From: an uncultured delta proteobacterium
GTDB taxonomy: Bacteria > Desulfobacterota > RBG-13-43-22
Direction of reading: 5' to 3'
DNA length: 64,000 nucleotides
NCBI GenBank assembly: GCA_963790475.1
Contig: CAWBOS010000015.1
Span: 32,001 to 96,000, forward strand
The position numbers and the translations under genes are program-made. A model generated the notes under the pieces. That model did no database searches and had not been told where the DNA came from. It was given only the letters and a program-made list of their open reading frames with translations. Positions 17,287-27,525 of the stretch are shown here, in pieces. Each line of letters begins with the position of its first letter. Position 1 is the first letter of the stretch.

Positions 17287-18969
17287 TCATGCTCCCAAGT
17301 TTTTAAAAATATACTCCGGGGTGATCGGCAATCCATCATAACGCAGCACCTGTCGGGTGATATGAAAACCCGTCTCTCTGCGGATAAGCCGCGAAAACTG
17401 TCCCAGGGCATTTCCTTCCACGGCGATCACCTCTCCCGCCTCTTTCAGGAAAGAGACAATTTGATCCGGCACCAGAGGCCAGACTTGCGAAAAGCAAAGA
17501 GTCCCCACCCTTTTCCCCTGTAATCTTAATTTGGCGGCGGCTTCCAGGACCGATCCTTTAGTGGAACCCCAGGTAACCAGTAATAGTTCCGGTTTTGATT
17601 CCCCGCTGAATTCCGGTGGCAACGTCTGCCTGATCATTCCCTTCATCTTGTTTAGCCTTTTTTCCACCATTTGCTTCCGGACCGACAAGTCTTCAGTCAG
17701 ATGACCGTCTTCCGTATGTTCATCACTGTCGGCCACTACCAGGTTCTCGGTTTTTCCCGGAAGGAAACGGGGGGACACACCGTCTTCGGTCAGGGCATAT
17801 CGAAGATAAGGCCGAGGTGCAGGAGACCCATCTGAGCCCGGATGAATCCAGGAAAGGTCCTTTACTTCAAAAGGATTTACTGCCCGATAGGAGTCGGCCA
17901 AAAATTGATCGGTTATAAGAAAGATCGGGGTCTGAGAAGACTCGGCCAGTTCAAAGGCCTTTCGGATCAAATGAAAACATTCCTCCACACCGCCGGGAGT
18001 AAAGATGGCCCTCGGAAATTCGCCGTGTCCGGCATGTAAAATAAAATCCAGGTCCGCCTGTTCGGTTCGCGTCGGCAATCCGGTGGCCGGTCCGGGACGC
18101 TGGGCCACGACGATGACCAGCGGGGTCTCGGTCATCCCGGCCAGGCTGACTCCCTCCACCATCAAAGCAAATCCTCCTCCTGAGGTGGACACCATACTGG
18201 GAGCCCCGGCAAAAGAGGCCCCGATAGCCATATTGACGGCCGCGATTTCATCTTCGGCCTGTTCGACGATCAGTCCCAGGGTCTCGGCCTCGGCAGCCAG
18301 GGAAAGGGCAATAGAGGTAGCCGGGGACATAGGATAGAACGAGAAGAATTTTAATCCGGCGGATAAGGCCCCCAAGGCGAGTGCTTCGTGTCCATTCATC
18401 ATCAAGCGCCGGGAGGGGTTGGAAATAAGAGGCAACTTCGGAAAAGCGGGAGACCGGCCTTCGGTCCATTGATAAGCCGTTTTCAAGGCCTGGTGGTTTT
18501 CTTCGAATGAAGATGGGTCCTTGTGACCCCAAAAATCACCTATGGTCGAAAGGAGGCCTTCTTCCGGAAGCCCAAGCAAGACACCAATGACACCAAAAGC
18601 GAGTATATTGACGAATTTTTCAGCAGCTAATTCCTTAAAGGGGACCTCTAAACAGGCCGGCCCTTTCACCATCCAATCGCGGTCAACCACCATCAGGCCT
18701 CCCGGTGAAAGTTCAGATCTATGAAGGGCCACGGTCTGATCATCAAGGGCGATCAACAGGTCAATCGTTTCCCGGGGAGCCAGAATTTCATCAGGCCCGG
18801 TTCGAATGGCAAAAGTGTTGTGCCCTCCCCGAATTCGGGATTGATACCCCTGAGTAACGTGGATAAAGTACCCGTTGCGAACCAGGGCCTTGCCCAGCAA
18901 CTGTCCGATGGTGACCAACCCTTGTCCCGCTTCACCCCCGATGACGATATTTACGGTGTCGACAGCCAT
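17287..18969 (-). CDS. 2-oxoacid:ferredoxin oxidoreductase alpha subunit (gamma-alpha fusion)
   Basis: GGEAGQG, YQSRIRGGH, YPMSPAT, QAEDEIAA, TSGGG, RPGPATGLPT. Confidence 0.93.
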   Translation of the reverse strand: MAVDTVNIVIGGEAGQGLVTIGQLLGKALVRNGYFIHVTQGYQSRIRGGHNTFAIRTGPDEILAPRETIDLLIALDDQTVALHRSELSPGGLMVVDRDWMVKGPACLEVPFKELAAEKFVNILAFGVIGVLLGLPEEGLLSTIGDFWGHKDPSSFEENHQALKTAYQWTEGRSPAFPKLPLISNPSRRLMMNGHEALALGALSAGLKFFSFYPMSPATSIALSLAAEAETLGLIVEQAEDEIAAVNMAIGASFAGAPSMVSTSGGGFALMVEGVSLAGMTETPLVIVVAQRPGPATGLPTRTEQADLDFILHAGHGEFPRAIFTPGGVEECFHLIRKAFELAESSQTPIFLITDQFLADSYRAVNPFEVKDLSWIHPGSDGSPAPRPYLRYALTEDGVSPRFLPGKTENLVVADSDEHTEDGHLTEDLSVRKQMVEKRLNKMKGMIRQTLPPEFSGESKPELLLVTWGSTKGSVLEAAAKLRLQGKRVGTLCFSQVWPLVPDQIVSFLKEAGEVIAVEGNALGQFSRLIRRETGFHITRQVLRYDGLPITPEYIFKNLGA

Positions 18970-19505
18970 TAGGGGGCCCCGTCCAATCCGGCCCGTTCCT
19001 TTTCCATAAACCAGCCTTCCGGATCAGTCAGATAATAGCGGGTATCTTTGAGGGCCTTCCAGTGCTCTTTTTCTTCCAGGATCATCTGATCCAAAAAAGC
19101 AGCCTCCAGGGGATCGGCTGTCCTGGCTCGGTGTTCCTGGTAAAATTTCAGACTGGCTGATTCAAAATCCAATCCGATATCCACAGCCTCCAAATCCGTC
19201 GTTTCGGGTTTGATTCTTTCCCTCTCCCGGGCTGCCAGATTCCGAAACAGCAATCCCAAATCTTCGGAAAAACCCTTGATGGATTCCCAATCCCTGGTCC
19301 AGCATTTTCCGGAGGTCAGGGTATCATGGATTTGTTTAATCCGGTCCTGATGAAGGACCTCGTCCTTCATCAGGGCGGAAAAAATCTCCTTACACTGGGG
19401 GTTCCGGCAGGTGGTTACCGACTGTTCATAAAAGGCCTTTCCTTTATCTTCCATTTCCAGGGCCGTGGCCAGCATGTCTATTGAACATTGAATTGGATCG
19501 GTCAT
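18969..19505 (-). CDS. ferritin-like / rubrerythrin-domain protein
   Basis: ALEMEDKGKAFY...DEVLH...FESASLKFY...EEKEH diiron pattern. Confidence 0.82.
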   Translation of the reverse strand: MTDPIQCSIDMLATALEMEDKGKAFYEQSVTTCRNPQCKEIFSALMKDEVLHQDRIKQIHDTLTSGKCWTRDWESIKGFSEDLGLLFRNLAARERERIKPETTDLEAVDIGLDFESASLKFYQEHRARTADPLEAAFLDQMILEEKEHWKALKDTRYYLTDPEGWFMEKERAGLDGAP

Positions 19506-19510
19506 TTTCT

Positions 19511-19891
19511 TCAGGCCTTCCATAACCCATGAAGGTTACAATATTCGCGGGCAGTAATCTGAGCGGCCTGGATTTCAAAGGTGGCTTCCGGGGCCTCTCC
19601 CGGTTTAAGAAATTGGCGGTAGGCCTTTCCATCGGCAATCACTTCAATCCACTCAATATAGTGCTTTTCTTCCATAGGATGGGCGACTGCCCCTACTTTC
19701 ACCTTAAAACCAGTGGCCGTTTTTTCAATAACCGGCACATGTTTTTCCTTGGAGGCATCGACCGTATTGGCGACGAATAACTTCATGGGTTGGCCGCAGC
19801 AAACCAATTCCCCTACACCTTCATGAAGAACCTCCACGATGTTGCCGCACACTTCACATTTGTAAACCTGTAATCTTTCAGTCATGTCCAT
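19511..19891 (-). CDS. dfx: desulfoferrodoxin (superoxide reductase)
   Basis: [16 protein letters not shown]; [26 protein letters not shown]. Confidence 0.96.
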   Translation of the reverse strand: MDMTERLQVYKCEVCGNIVEVLHEGVGELVCCGQPMKLFVANTVDASKEKHVPVIEKTATGFKVKVGAVAHPMEEKHYIEWIEVIADGKAYRQFLKPGEAPEATFEIQAAQITAREYCNLHGLWKA

Positions 19892-20012
19892 TCTCCTTTC
19901 ATAAATAAAATCAGGTTAAAGGTGAGTTAGGCTGAAGGTCGAAGGTATCCAAGAGCCGAAATAATTTTTTTGTTTGTAGCCAAAACCTCATGCCTCAGGC
20001 CTATTGATCTTC

Positions 20013-20585
20013 TTACCAGTTTTCTGCCAATAATTCATAAAAGTCCCTGGGGTGATCACAGGCCGGGCATTCTTCCGGTGCTTCGACCCCTTCATGAAGA
20101 TAGCCGCAATTCAAGCATCTCCAAACCACCGGCCGGTCCTTTTTAAAAACTTTCCCGGCCTGAATATTAGCCAAAAGCCCCAAATATCTTTTTTCATGCT
20201 GCTTCTCGGCCACAGAAATGTAATCGAATATTGCGGCTATGTCGTTAAAACCTTCCTTCCGGGCGATTTTGGAAAAACCAGGATACATTTCAGTCCATTC
20301 ATAGTGCTCACCACCGGCGCTGGCTGCCAAATTCTCAGCGGTGGAGCCGATAACCCCGGCCGGAAAAACCGCTTGAATTTGTGCTTCGTCTCCCTGAAGC
20401 AGCTTGAACAGCCTTTTGGCATGTTCTTTCTCCTGATTGGCCGTCTCCTCAAAAATAAGCGATATCTGAACCAATCCTTCTTTCCTGGCCTGGCTGGCAA
20501 AGTAGGTATATCGATTCCTGGCCTGGGATTCCCCGGCAAAGGCGGTAAGGATATTTTTTTCGGTATTGGATCCTTTCAATTGCAT
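20013..20585 (-). CDS. rbr: rubrerythrin
   Basis: AFAGESQARNRY, QEKEHA, GEHYE, EKQHE, C-terminal CLNCGY..CPACDH. Confidence 0.96.
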   Translation of the reverse strand: MQLKGSNTEKNILTAFAGESQARNRYTYFASQARKEGLVQISLIFEETANQEKEHAKRLFKLLQGDEAQIQAVFPAGVIGSTAENLAASAGGEHYEWTEMYPGFSKIARKEGFNDIAAIFDYISVAEKQHEKRYLGLLANIQAGKVFKKDRPVVWRCLNCGYLHEGVEAPEECPACDHPRDFYELLAENW

Positions 20586-20609
20586 CAGAGGGTTCTCCTT
20601 TCGATTCCA

Positions 20610-20828
20610 TCATTCTTGAATGGCTGGCTGGCTTGACTTTGGTTTAACCGCTTGGCAGGCCGGACAAACGCCAACCAGTTCTAATTTATAGTCAACGATT
20701 TCACAATCACCCAGTTTGGAAACGGCTTGGTCGATCTCCTTCAAGGGATGAGTGGTAAGATCTTTTATTTCTTCCAGTATGATCCGCCGGGCATCCGTTT
20801 GTCTGAGTTTTTTTTGGGAAAGAGGCAT
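20610..20828 (-). pseudogene. perR: Fur/PerR-family regulator with large in-frame internal deletion
   Basis: N-terminal RQTDARRIILEEI...HP joined directly to C-terminal ...YKLELVGVCPACQ; recognition helix (TVYR) and His/CxxC core absent; 72 aa versus ~140 typical; heads the rbr-dfx operon. Confidence 0.72.
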
Positions 20829-20841
20829 AGATATTAAACCC

Positions 20842-20885
20842 GATAATAGTTATTATTAACATAAAAATTATTTTTTATTTGTCAA
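20842..20885 (-). promoter_or_regulatory. sigma70-type promoter with overlapping Fur/Per-box-like site
   Basis: TTGACA (20885-20880, minus) then TATGTT 16 nt on; GATAATAGTTATTATTAAC (20842-20860) matches 14/19 of the classical Fur box. Confidence 0.55.
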
Positions 20886-20946
20886 GGTCGGCACGAAAAA
20901 AGTTATAGATTTTGTTGGTGTGACCCGGTTAAGGGCTAAGAGAGGG

Positions 20947-21147
20947 CTAAAGAGATCGGTCGGCGCCGCAATCAGGACAGATCCAGGTAATACTGTTGCA
21001 GGTCATCCCCCAGGCGTTGTCTTGCATACAATGCCGGCAAATTTGAAATCCGCATGGGCAAGTCCAGCAAAACTCTTCCCCGTGCCCGCAGCAGTGACAT
21101 TTAAAGGTTCTTCTGAGTTTTCTATTTCTTCTCATTTCATCTGTCAT
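20947..21147 (-). CDS. small Cys-rich putative zinc-finger protein
   Basis: CHCCG..CWTCPCG..CRHC..C..CPDC in 66 aa. Confidence 0.65.
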   Translation of the reverse strand: MTDEMRRNRKLRRTFKCHCCGHGEEFCWTCPCGFQICRHCMQDNAWGMTCNSITWICPDCGADRSL

Positions 21148-21174
21148 CGGTCGAGAAAAGCTACCCCATGCTTT

Positions 21175-21720
21175 CTATCGGGAAACGATAGTCAAAGTTT
21201 CCCCCGGACGAACCGGTTTATTCTTATTCCTTTTATTCCATTGGAGCAGATCGCCGGAAGAAACCTTGTACTTGGCAGCAATACTCTGCAGTGTTTCCCC
21301 TTTTTTCACTTTATGTAGAATTTTCTTCTTGCCCGGCCTGTCCGCAGACGCCTTTTTATCCCCGGTCTGGGGTGGTTCTATTTTTCCCTGTTTAGCCGGT
21401 AAACCTTGATTGGCGGTTTCCAATGCTTTCAACCGGGATTCCATTTGGGCCTGACTGTCTTGAATCGCTTTTATCCTCTTATCGAGTTTTTCGCCCTGCT
21501 CCCGGGAAATGGTTTCCAGATTTCTTATCTTCTTTTCCAAAGTTGCACCCGTTCCGGAACTATCCTGAAAGAAAATAATATATCCAATATAAATCAAACC
21601 CAGAACAATCAGGCCCCCAAATATGATTTCCAAAAAAGAGAGGGGGAAGCGTTGTTTGTTGAAAGTCGATTCCAATGGGCTCCGGTTGGGAGTGTTTCCT
21701 GTTTTTGTTTCATTTTCCAT
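21175..21720 (-). CDS. membrane-anchored coiled-coil protein with C-terminal LysM domain
   Basis: TM helix, coiled coil, HKVKKGETLQSIAAKYKVS..DLLQWN..VRPGETL. Confidence 0.85.
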   Translation of the reverse strand: MENETKTGNTPNRSPLESTFNKQRFPLSFLEIIFGGLIVLGLIYIGYIIFFQDSSGTGATLEKKIRNLETISREQGEKLDKRIKAIQDSQAQMESRLKALETANQGLPAKQGKIEPPQTGDKKASADRPGKKKILHKVKKGETLQSIAAKYKVSSGDLLQWNKRNKNKPVRPGETLTIVSR

Positions 21721-21970
21721 TGTTTTTTTCCAGAAAGGGAATTTTAATTTTTAGAAAATTGGCCCCAGAGTTTCAGTTTTAAATAATTTATTATACCAAA
21801 TATTTACTTGCTTTGTCAATTTATGAGACGGGGAAGCCCACAAAGATATTGCCGGTTGTGATCAGCGGTTAGAAGTAATGGTGGGGTGATGACAGGGACG
21901 GCAGGAAAAAGACTCTGTGAGGGGTATTTTTGCATCAAGGTCACCATTTTTGGTGCCTTTTTCAGATTTT

Positions 21971-22924
21971 CTATCTCCAGGGCCGGATGACACCCCTATC
22001 CTCAACGGGGAAGGCCAGTCGCTGCCAGGCCTGAATACCGCCGGCTAAAAGCCTGACCCGGGTAATGCCCTGTTGTCGTAATAGAAGGGCCGCACGGGCG
22101 CTTGAGGCCTCATTGGGTCAGGCGCAATATAGAATGATGTCCCGGTCCCGAGGCAGACTATTGCCATTTCCTCCTAACTGGTCCAGGGGGAGATGAAAGG
22201 CCCCGGGAATAGTCTGTGGCTCTAACTCGAGTTCGAGGTTGCTGCGGATATCCAAAACCAGCAGGTTCTCATTGGCCACCAGCCTTTCTTTCACCTCTTC
22301 CGGGGTGATCCTGGCAGCGGTTATTTGATGCATAAAACGCCGGCGCCGCAAATACTTCCAGCCGACAAAGGCAACCAGCCCTGCGGGAATAACCAAACCC
22401 AGGGAGAGGCTTATACTCGATGTGTTGAGTGTCAGGTGTTCCAATTGCTGGCTGAATAGGTAACCGACACTCAGGTAAAAGACGACCCAGAAAAATACCC
22501 CCAACCCATCATAAATAAAGAACCGAAGTAGAGGCATATGAAAAATGCCGGCCAGCGGGGAAGTAATTGGCGTCATGCCCGGTATGAATTTGGCTATCAG
22601 AAGCGAGCTATGTCCATGGCGGGCAAAGATATTTTTGGATTTACTGACACAAGAGTCGGGATCGAGGGAAAAACGGCAGAGCAGAGGTAAGACTTTACTT
22701 CCATGCCGGCGGCCGATCTGATACCAGAAAAAATCGCATACCAGAGAGGCTAAAGCAGCCAATCCGAGAATAACGAAAAAATTAAAAATCCCTATCCCGG
22801 TCAGAATTCCAGCCGCCATCAGGATCAGGGCGCCCGGGATCGGTAAACCCAATTGCTGGAAAAATATCCAAAAAAAGACAACCGAATATCCGTTTTGGAT
22901 TAAAAACTGGATGATTTCAGACAT
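21971..22924 (-). CDS. DedA/VTT + rhodanese fusion, probable selenoprotein (UGA at 22118-22120 read as Sec)
   Basis: ORF stops at IILYCA-TGA but the frame continues PNEASSARAALLLRQQGITRVRLLAGGIQAW...TAG (21971), completing the rhodanese domain; corresponds to YCxCPNE of Cys homologs. Confidence 0.8.
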
Positions 22925-23444
22925 TTGATTCTCGAGAGGATCGAATGAATTTTGTCTGGGATGGTTTCTTACCTTTTCGTCCTTTTGGTATCATCCCTGG
23001 TTTTCCGGCCTGATTTTGATTAATGCTAGGCAGGGATCGCTTTATTGTCAAGTCCAATTCGATATAACACCCTATAATCTTAGAATTTATCTTTAACGTT
23101 GTTGGCCAGGTCTTTAGCCGTAGTCTGTTTTGCCGGACCAAAACAAGAACTTCACTCCGAAAACAGCCTACCCCGATTCCCAAAGCGAAGCTTAGATAAA
23201 GGCTCCGCTTCCAACCTACCTTAGCTATTCCGGCCGGATTGGAAATTAAAAATCATCAGTTAGACAACTTCATAAGCAAGACCCCTATCCACCTAAATTT
23301 GAAATATCTCCGTTTGGAATTTAGATTGGCCGGAATAAGGAAAGGACGAGGGGAAGAAGTGAATCGGCATCCTGCTTGACGAACTCGACGGTAAAAGTTA
23401 CTATCTCTTTTAACAATTCCCTTGGTTCAGTTCAGGAGAATAGG

Positions 23445-24728
23445 ATGGGATATTATCGGGAACATCTTTGCACGGCTGAAGAGGCGGTCCGAAAGGTCCG
23501 GTCAGGTGATCGGGTAGTCTTTTCCCACGCCTGTGGAGAACCCCGGGTATTACCCGGGGCTTTGGTCAAGAGAGCTGCGGAACTCCGGAAGGTCGAGATT
23601 GTGCATATGGTCCCCATGGGCGAAGCCCTTTACTGCCGTCCGGAATATGCGTTAAGCTTCCGCCATGTGGCTTTATTTTCGGGAGTCGCGACCCGGGAGG
23701 CTATTTGGGATAACAGAGCTGATTACCTGCCCTGCGCGTTCAGGGAGATCCCCTTACTCTTTGAGTCCGTGCTTCCGCCGGATGTGGCCATGGTCAGCGT
23801 GTCTCCCCCCGACAAAAATGGACTTTGCAGTCTGGGTGTCTCGGTGGATTACACCAAAAAAGCCCTGGAAACGGCGCCAATGGTTATAGCCGAGGTCAAT
23901 CCGACCATGCCGAGAACTCACGGGGAGTCCTTTGTTCCTCTTTCGGACATCCATTATTTTGTGGAGGTAACGGAACAGATCGCCGAATTGGAAAACGGCA
24001 AATTGACGGAGGTGGAAAAAAAAATCGGACGTTTCGTGGCCGAACTCATCGATGATGGAAGCTGCCTCCAACTCGGGATTGGAGGCATTCCGGACGCCGT
24101 ACTTATCTATCTCACCGGATTTAAGGATCTGGGGGTGCATTCGGAAATGATTTCCGACGGCGTGAGAATACTGGTGGAGAAAGGCGTAATCACCGGCCGA
24201 AGAAAAATGATCCACAAAGGCAAAATTATTGTGACCTTTCTGATGGGATCGAGGGCCTTCTATGATTGGGTCGATGACAACCCCCTGATCGAGATGCATC
24301 CGGTTGATTATACGAACAACCCCCAGGTCATCGCCCGAAACAAAAATATGATTGCCGTAAATTCAGCTCTGGAGGTTGACCTCCTCGGCCAGGTCTGCGC
24401 CGATACCTTAGGTCCAAAACAATTTGCCGGAGTAGGCGGGCAGCTTGACTTTGTCAGAGGGGCCGCGATGTCGGAGGGCGGAAAGGCGATCATGGCCCTG
24501 CCTAGCACCGCCAGGGATGTTTCCAGGATAGTCCCCACACTCAAGATCGGGGCGGCCGTGACCACCTCCAGAAACGATGTGGATTATGTGGTTACCGAAC
24601 ACGGGATAGCCGCCTTAAAAGGCAAGACTGTCCGTCAGCGGATGAAGGCCCTGATCAACATTGCGGACCCCCTTTGGAAGGAAGAGCTGATGAAACAGGC
24701 CTTTGAGATTTATCACATAAAACTCTAA
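23445..24728 (+). CDS. acetyl-CoA hydrolase/transferase family (4-hydroxybutyrate CoA-transferase-like)
   Basis: LQLGIGGIP, LGVHSEM (catalytic Glu), NSALEVDL.GQV, GGQLDF, VVTEHGIA.L.GK; AGGAGA RBS before ATG 23445. Confidence 0.9.
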   Translation: MGYYREHLCTAEEAVRKVRSGDRVVFSHACGEPRVLPGALVKRAAELRKVEIVHMVPMGEALYCRPEYALSFRHVALFSGVATREAIWDNRADYLPCAFREIPLLFESVLPPDVAMVSVSPPDKNGLCSLGVSVDYTKKALETAPMVIAEVNPTMPRTHGESFVPLSDIHYFVEVTEQIAELENGKLTEVEKKIGRFVAELIDDGSCLQLGIGGIPDAVLIYLTGFKDLGVHSEMISDGVRILVEKGVITGRRKMIHKGKIIVTFLMGSRAFYDWVDDNPLIEMHPVDYTNNPQVIARNKNMIAVNSALEVDLLGQVCADTLGPKQFAGVGGQLDFVRGAAMSEGGKAIMALPSTARDVSRIVPTLKIGAAVTTSRNDVDYVVTEHGIAALKGKTVRQRMKALINIADPLWKEELMKQAFEIYHIKL

Positions 24729-24884
24729 CTCAGGGAGGTGGAAATTCTTTTGTTGCGAGTTGCGGGTTGGGAGTTTTTAGAGAAAAGGTCACGCAGCAGG
24801 CAACCGGTAACGCTGGGAGTTTTTATGAAAGTGATAAGCCGTCAGATTTGAAGGTGCGAGAAGTATCAATTCGGCCCGTCAAAC

Positions 24885-24926
24885 AAAAAAAGGGGGTTGA
24901 AGATGGATTCAACCCCCCTTTTTTTT
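24885..24926. terminator. bidirectional intrinsic terminator
   Basis: A7-GGGGGTTGAA-loop-TTCAACCCCC-T-run between convergent genes. Confidence 0.85.
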
Positions 24927-24942
24927 GATGATTAACGAGTTT

Positions 24943-25146
24943 CTACAGTGTTTTTACATTGACTGCCGCCGGGCCTTTTTTGCCCTGCTCGATGTCAAAG
25001 CTAACCCGCTGGCCTTCTTGTAAGGTCCGAAAACCCTGCATACTGATAGCTGAATGATGAATAAATACATCCTTATCCTGACCATCAACTTCAATAAAGC
25101 CAAAACCTTTGTTCTCGTTGAACCACTTTACTTTTCCTTCTGGCAT
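24943..25146 (-). CDS. csp: cold-shock protein (CspA family)
   Basis: [42 protein letters not shown]; AGGAGG RBS. Confidence 0.95.
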   Translation of the reverse strand: MPEGKVKWFNENKGFGFIEVDGQDKDVFIHHSAISMQGFRTLQEGQRVSFDIEQGKKGPAAVNVKTL

Positions 25147-25369
25147 AGTCTTATCCCTCCTCTTGAAGTATTTCTCAAGTTGGGATACGACCTGCCTAAA
25201 AAAAAAGCATCCGAGGATACATTCTCCGATGCCAAGGCCCGTCGAATTGTTCACCAACTTCGACCGTCATCCACACCTTACTGGGTCGATGGCGGATTTA
25301 TTACGGAATAGTATAAACGACCTATCAGGGTAAGTCAAGGTTTTTTTAATAATTATTAAATAGATCGGC

Positions 25370-26299
25370 CTATCCCGGCCTTGCCTGTTGAAAAGCTCGA
25401 ATGATCTGTTTAAACAGAGGAATACAATTCCCCCGGCTTCTTACAAGATATTGAAACCAAATTCTTTTCTGGCGGTACAACAAAAACGGCCAGAACCCCG
25501 CCGTGAGGTATTTAAAGAAGAAATACCAGTCGTTAAAGATCGTACTTTCCAGATATTGCCGGGGAGGGGGGGTTCTGCTTCCCCCTTTTCGGGCCATGAC
25601 ATGAAAGACGACGGCCTTGGGCTCATAAAGGATCCCGTAACCATGGGCCCTGATTTGCATGGCATAGTCCACCTCTTCCCATAAAAGGTTGCCCCAATAA
25701 TTCAAATCGAATTCTCCGACTTCGTTAAGGACATCCCGCCGAATAGACATATTACAACCGTAGAGGGTGGGAACCAGACATCTTTGATTGGTGGTAAAAT
25801 TCCGCAGGTATTTCCCGCTGCGGGTAATTCGGGCTGCCCAGGGCAGATCGTTTTCTTCACTCCCGTCATAAAGGACTTTACCGGTTACGGCACCCAGAAT
25901 CCGGTCCTGATAGTTTCTCAGATGATGCTGAATCAAGTCTGGATAAAAAAGGACATCATCATCCAAAAATAAAATAAGATCTCCCTTGACTTCTTTCCGG
26001 GCCTTATTGCGGGCGGCAGTGGTAGATGGAGAAGAAAGGGTTATGAGGCGGACCCGGTCCTGGTTATCTCTCATATAATTCCAGGTGGCCGGCTTGTGTT
26101 CCAGGCTTTGATCTATGACCAGGATTTCAAGAGGAGATACGGTCTGATCCTTTAACAGTTCCAGGACATGGATCAAAGGTTCTTCCCGGTTGAGGGTGCA
26201 AATGACAACCGAAACCGTGGTCGTTTGTTGAAAAACGTCTATCGGTCCCGCCGCGGCGGGATTGTTCTCATCCCTTCTTTTATTGGGGGGCACTGTCAT
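25370..26299 (-). CDS. glycosyltransferase family 2
   Basis: VSVVICTLNR, ARN, LFLDDD, GCNMSIRR..GEFD, EEVD. Confidence 0.9.
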   Translation of the reverse strand: MTVPPNKRRDENNPAAAGPIDVFQQTTTVSVVICTLNREEPLIHVLELLKDQTVSPLEILVIDQSLEHKPATWNYMRDNQDRVRLITLSSPSTTAARNKARKEVKGDLILFLDDDVLFYPDLIQHHLRNYQDRILGAVTGKVLYDGSEENDLPWAARITRSGKYLRNFTTNQRCLVPTLYGCNMSIRRDVLNEVGEFDLNYWGNLLWEEVDYAMQIRAHGYGILYEPKAVVFHVMARKGGSRTPPPRQYLESTIFNDWYFFFKYLTAGFWPFLLYRQKRIWFQYLVRSRGNCIPLFKQIIRAFQQARPG

Positions 26300-27516
26300 T
26301 GTCTAACCAGGCTTAAAAATAAGGACTCCAAACGATCAACGAACCGGCTGATCTCAAACCGATTAACAACTTTTAACCTTCCCTTTTCCCCCATGGTCTT
26401 TCGAAGCTCAGGATCTTTTATCAGCTTGCTGACCGCGGAGGATAGACTGAGCGGATCCCCGTAGGGAACCAGAAGTCCATCTTCTCCATCATCAACCATC
26501 TCCTCAATGGCGGGTATGCGGGCTCCGATCACCGGCTTGCCTTTGGCCCAGGCTTCCAGAAAAACCACTCCAAAACTTTCAGCCTGGGAGGGCAAAATCA
26601 GGAGGTCGCAAGCGGCCAGGAGGTCGGCTTTTTCTTCTTCCCGGAAATTATCCAGCGAAAAAATACGGCGATCCCGGGACAGGGGGTGGCTGTTGAATAG
26701 GGTCTGAAAATAAGGGCTGGATTGCCCGGCCAGGATCAAGACCGCACGAGCCTCTTCTCTCCAGATCAAGGGCATGGCTTCCAACAGGGTGTCAATCCCT
26801 TTGTTTTCCACCTTGCGGCCCATAAAAAGAATCAGCGGTTCATCGGAAAGACCAAAAGCATCCCGAAACCGGAGGCCGTCTCCTCCCTCCAGGAGAGAAA
26901 GGTCAATCCCCTGCCCTAAGGCGTAAATTTTTTCTTCCGGAATTCCCTGTCTTTTTAAATACTCCCTTTCGGCCTTGGTATTGGTCAGAATTGCAGATGC
27001 CCCAGGAAAGATCCAACGAAGGATTTTCATCAGGGAGGTGTTTATATCTTTGATATGCAAATGAGGTTGAATGACCCAGGGACAGCCCGTTTTTCTGGCG
27101 GCCACCGAAGCATAATAGATTGTGGCGGTAGGAAAAGGGACGGCGTAAATCAGGTCCGGCTTCAGCTCTCGGGCTCTTTTGATCATCTGGGGCAGGTATG
27201 GGACTTGGGTTTTGAACCAGAGGGCATCTCCACCGGGCATATAACTCCGCAAGGCCAAGGCCCCTGCCTTGGCCAGAAAAAGCCGCTGTTTGAGAGTCAG
27301 GGGCACCCGGATAATACGAATCCCTTCCTTGATCTCCTCTGGCAGCCAGGAAGAATTGGCTTGAGGGTGAGCAAAATCCTCCAAAGTCCCCTGGTTGGAG
27401 GTAACTACGGTTACCCGGTGTCCTTTTCCAACCAGTCCCTTAGCCCATTCCAGGAGAGAGATTTCCGTTCCTCCCCGGGCCGGATAAAAAAGATGGGTCA
27501 GGGCAACGATGTGCAT
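26296..27516 (-). CDS. glycosyltransferase family 4
   Basis: GGTE, GRKVENKG, LPSQAESFGVVFLEAWAKGKPVI (Ex7E). Confidence 0.92.
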   Translation of the reverse strand: MHIVALTHLFYPARGGTEISLLEWAKGLVGKGHRVTVVTSNQGTLEDFAHPQANSSWLPEEIKEGIRIIRVPLTLKQRLFLAKAGALALRSYMPGGDALWFKTQVPYLPQMIKRARELKPDLIYAVPFPTATIYYASVAARKTGCPWVIQPHLHIKDINTSLMKILRWIFPGASAILTNTKAEREYLKRQGIPEEKIYALGQGIDLSLLEGGDGLRFRDAFGLSDEPLILFMGRKVENKGIDTLLEAMPLIWREEARAVLILAGQSSPYFQTLFNSHPLSRDRRIFSLDNFREEEKADLLAACDLLILPSQAESFGVVFLEAWAKGKPVIGARIPAIEEMVDDGEDGLLVPYGDPLSLSSAVSKLIKDPELRKTMGEKGRLKVVNRFEISRFVDRLESLFLSLVRQ

Positions 27517-27525
27517 CGCCCTCCT

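Noticed and set aside
24943-25257. 104-aa extended cold-shock protein
   Set aside because: Extension is the long csp 5' UTR; RBS supports start at 25146
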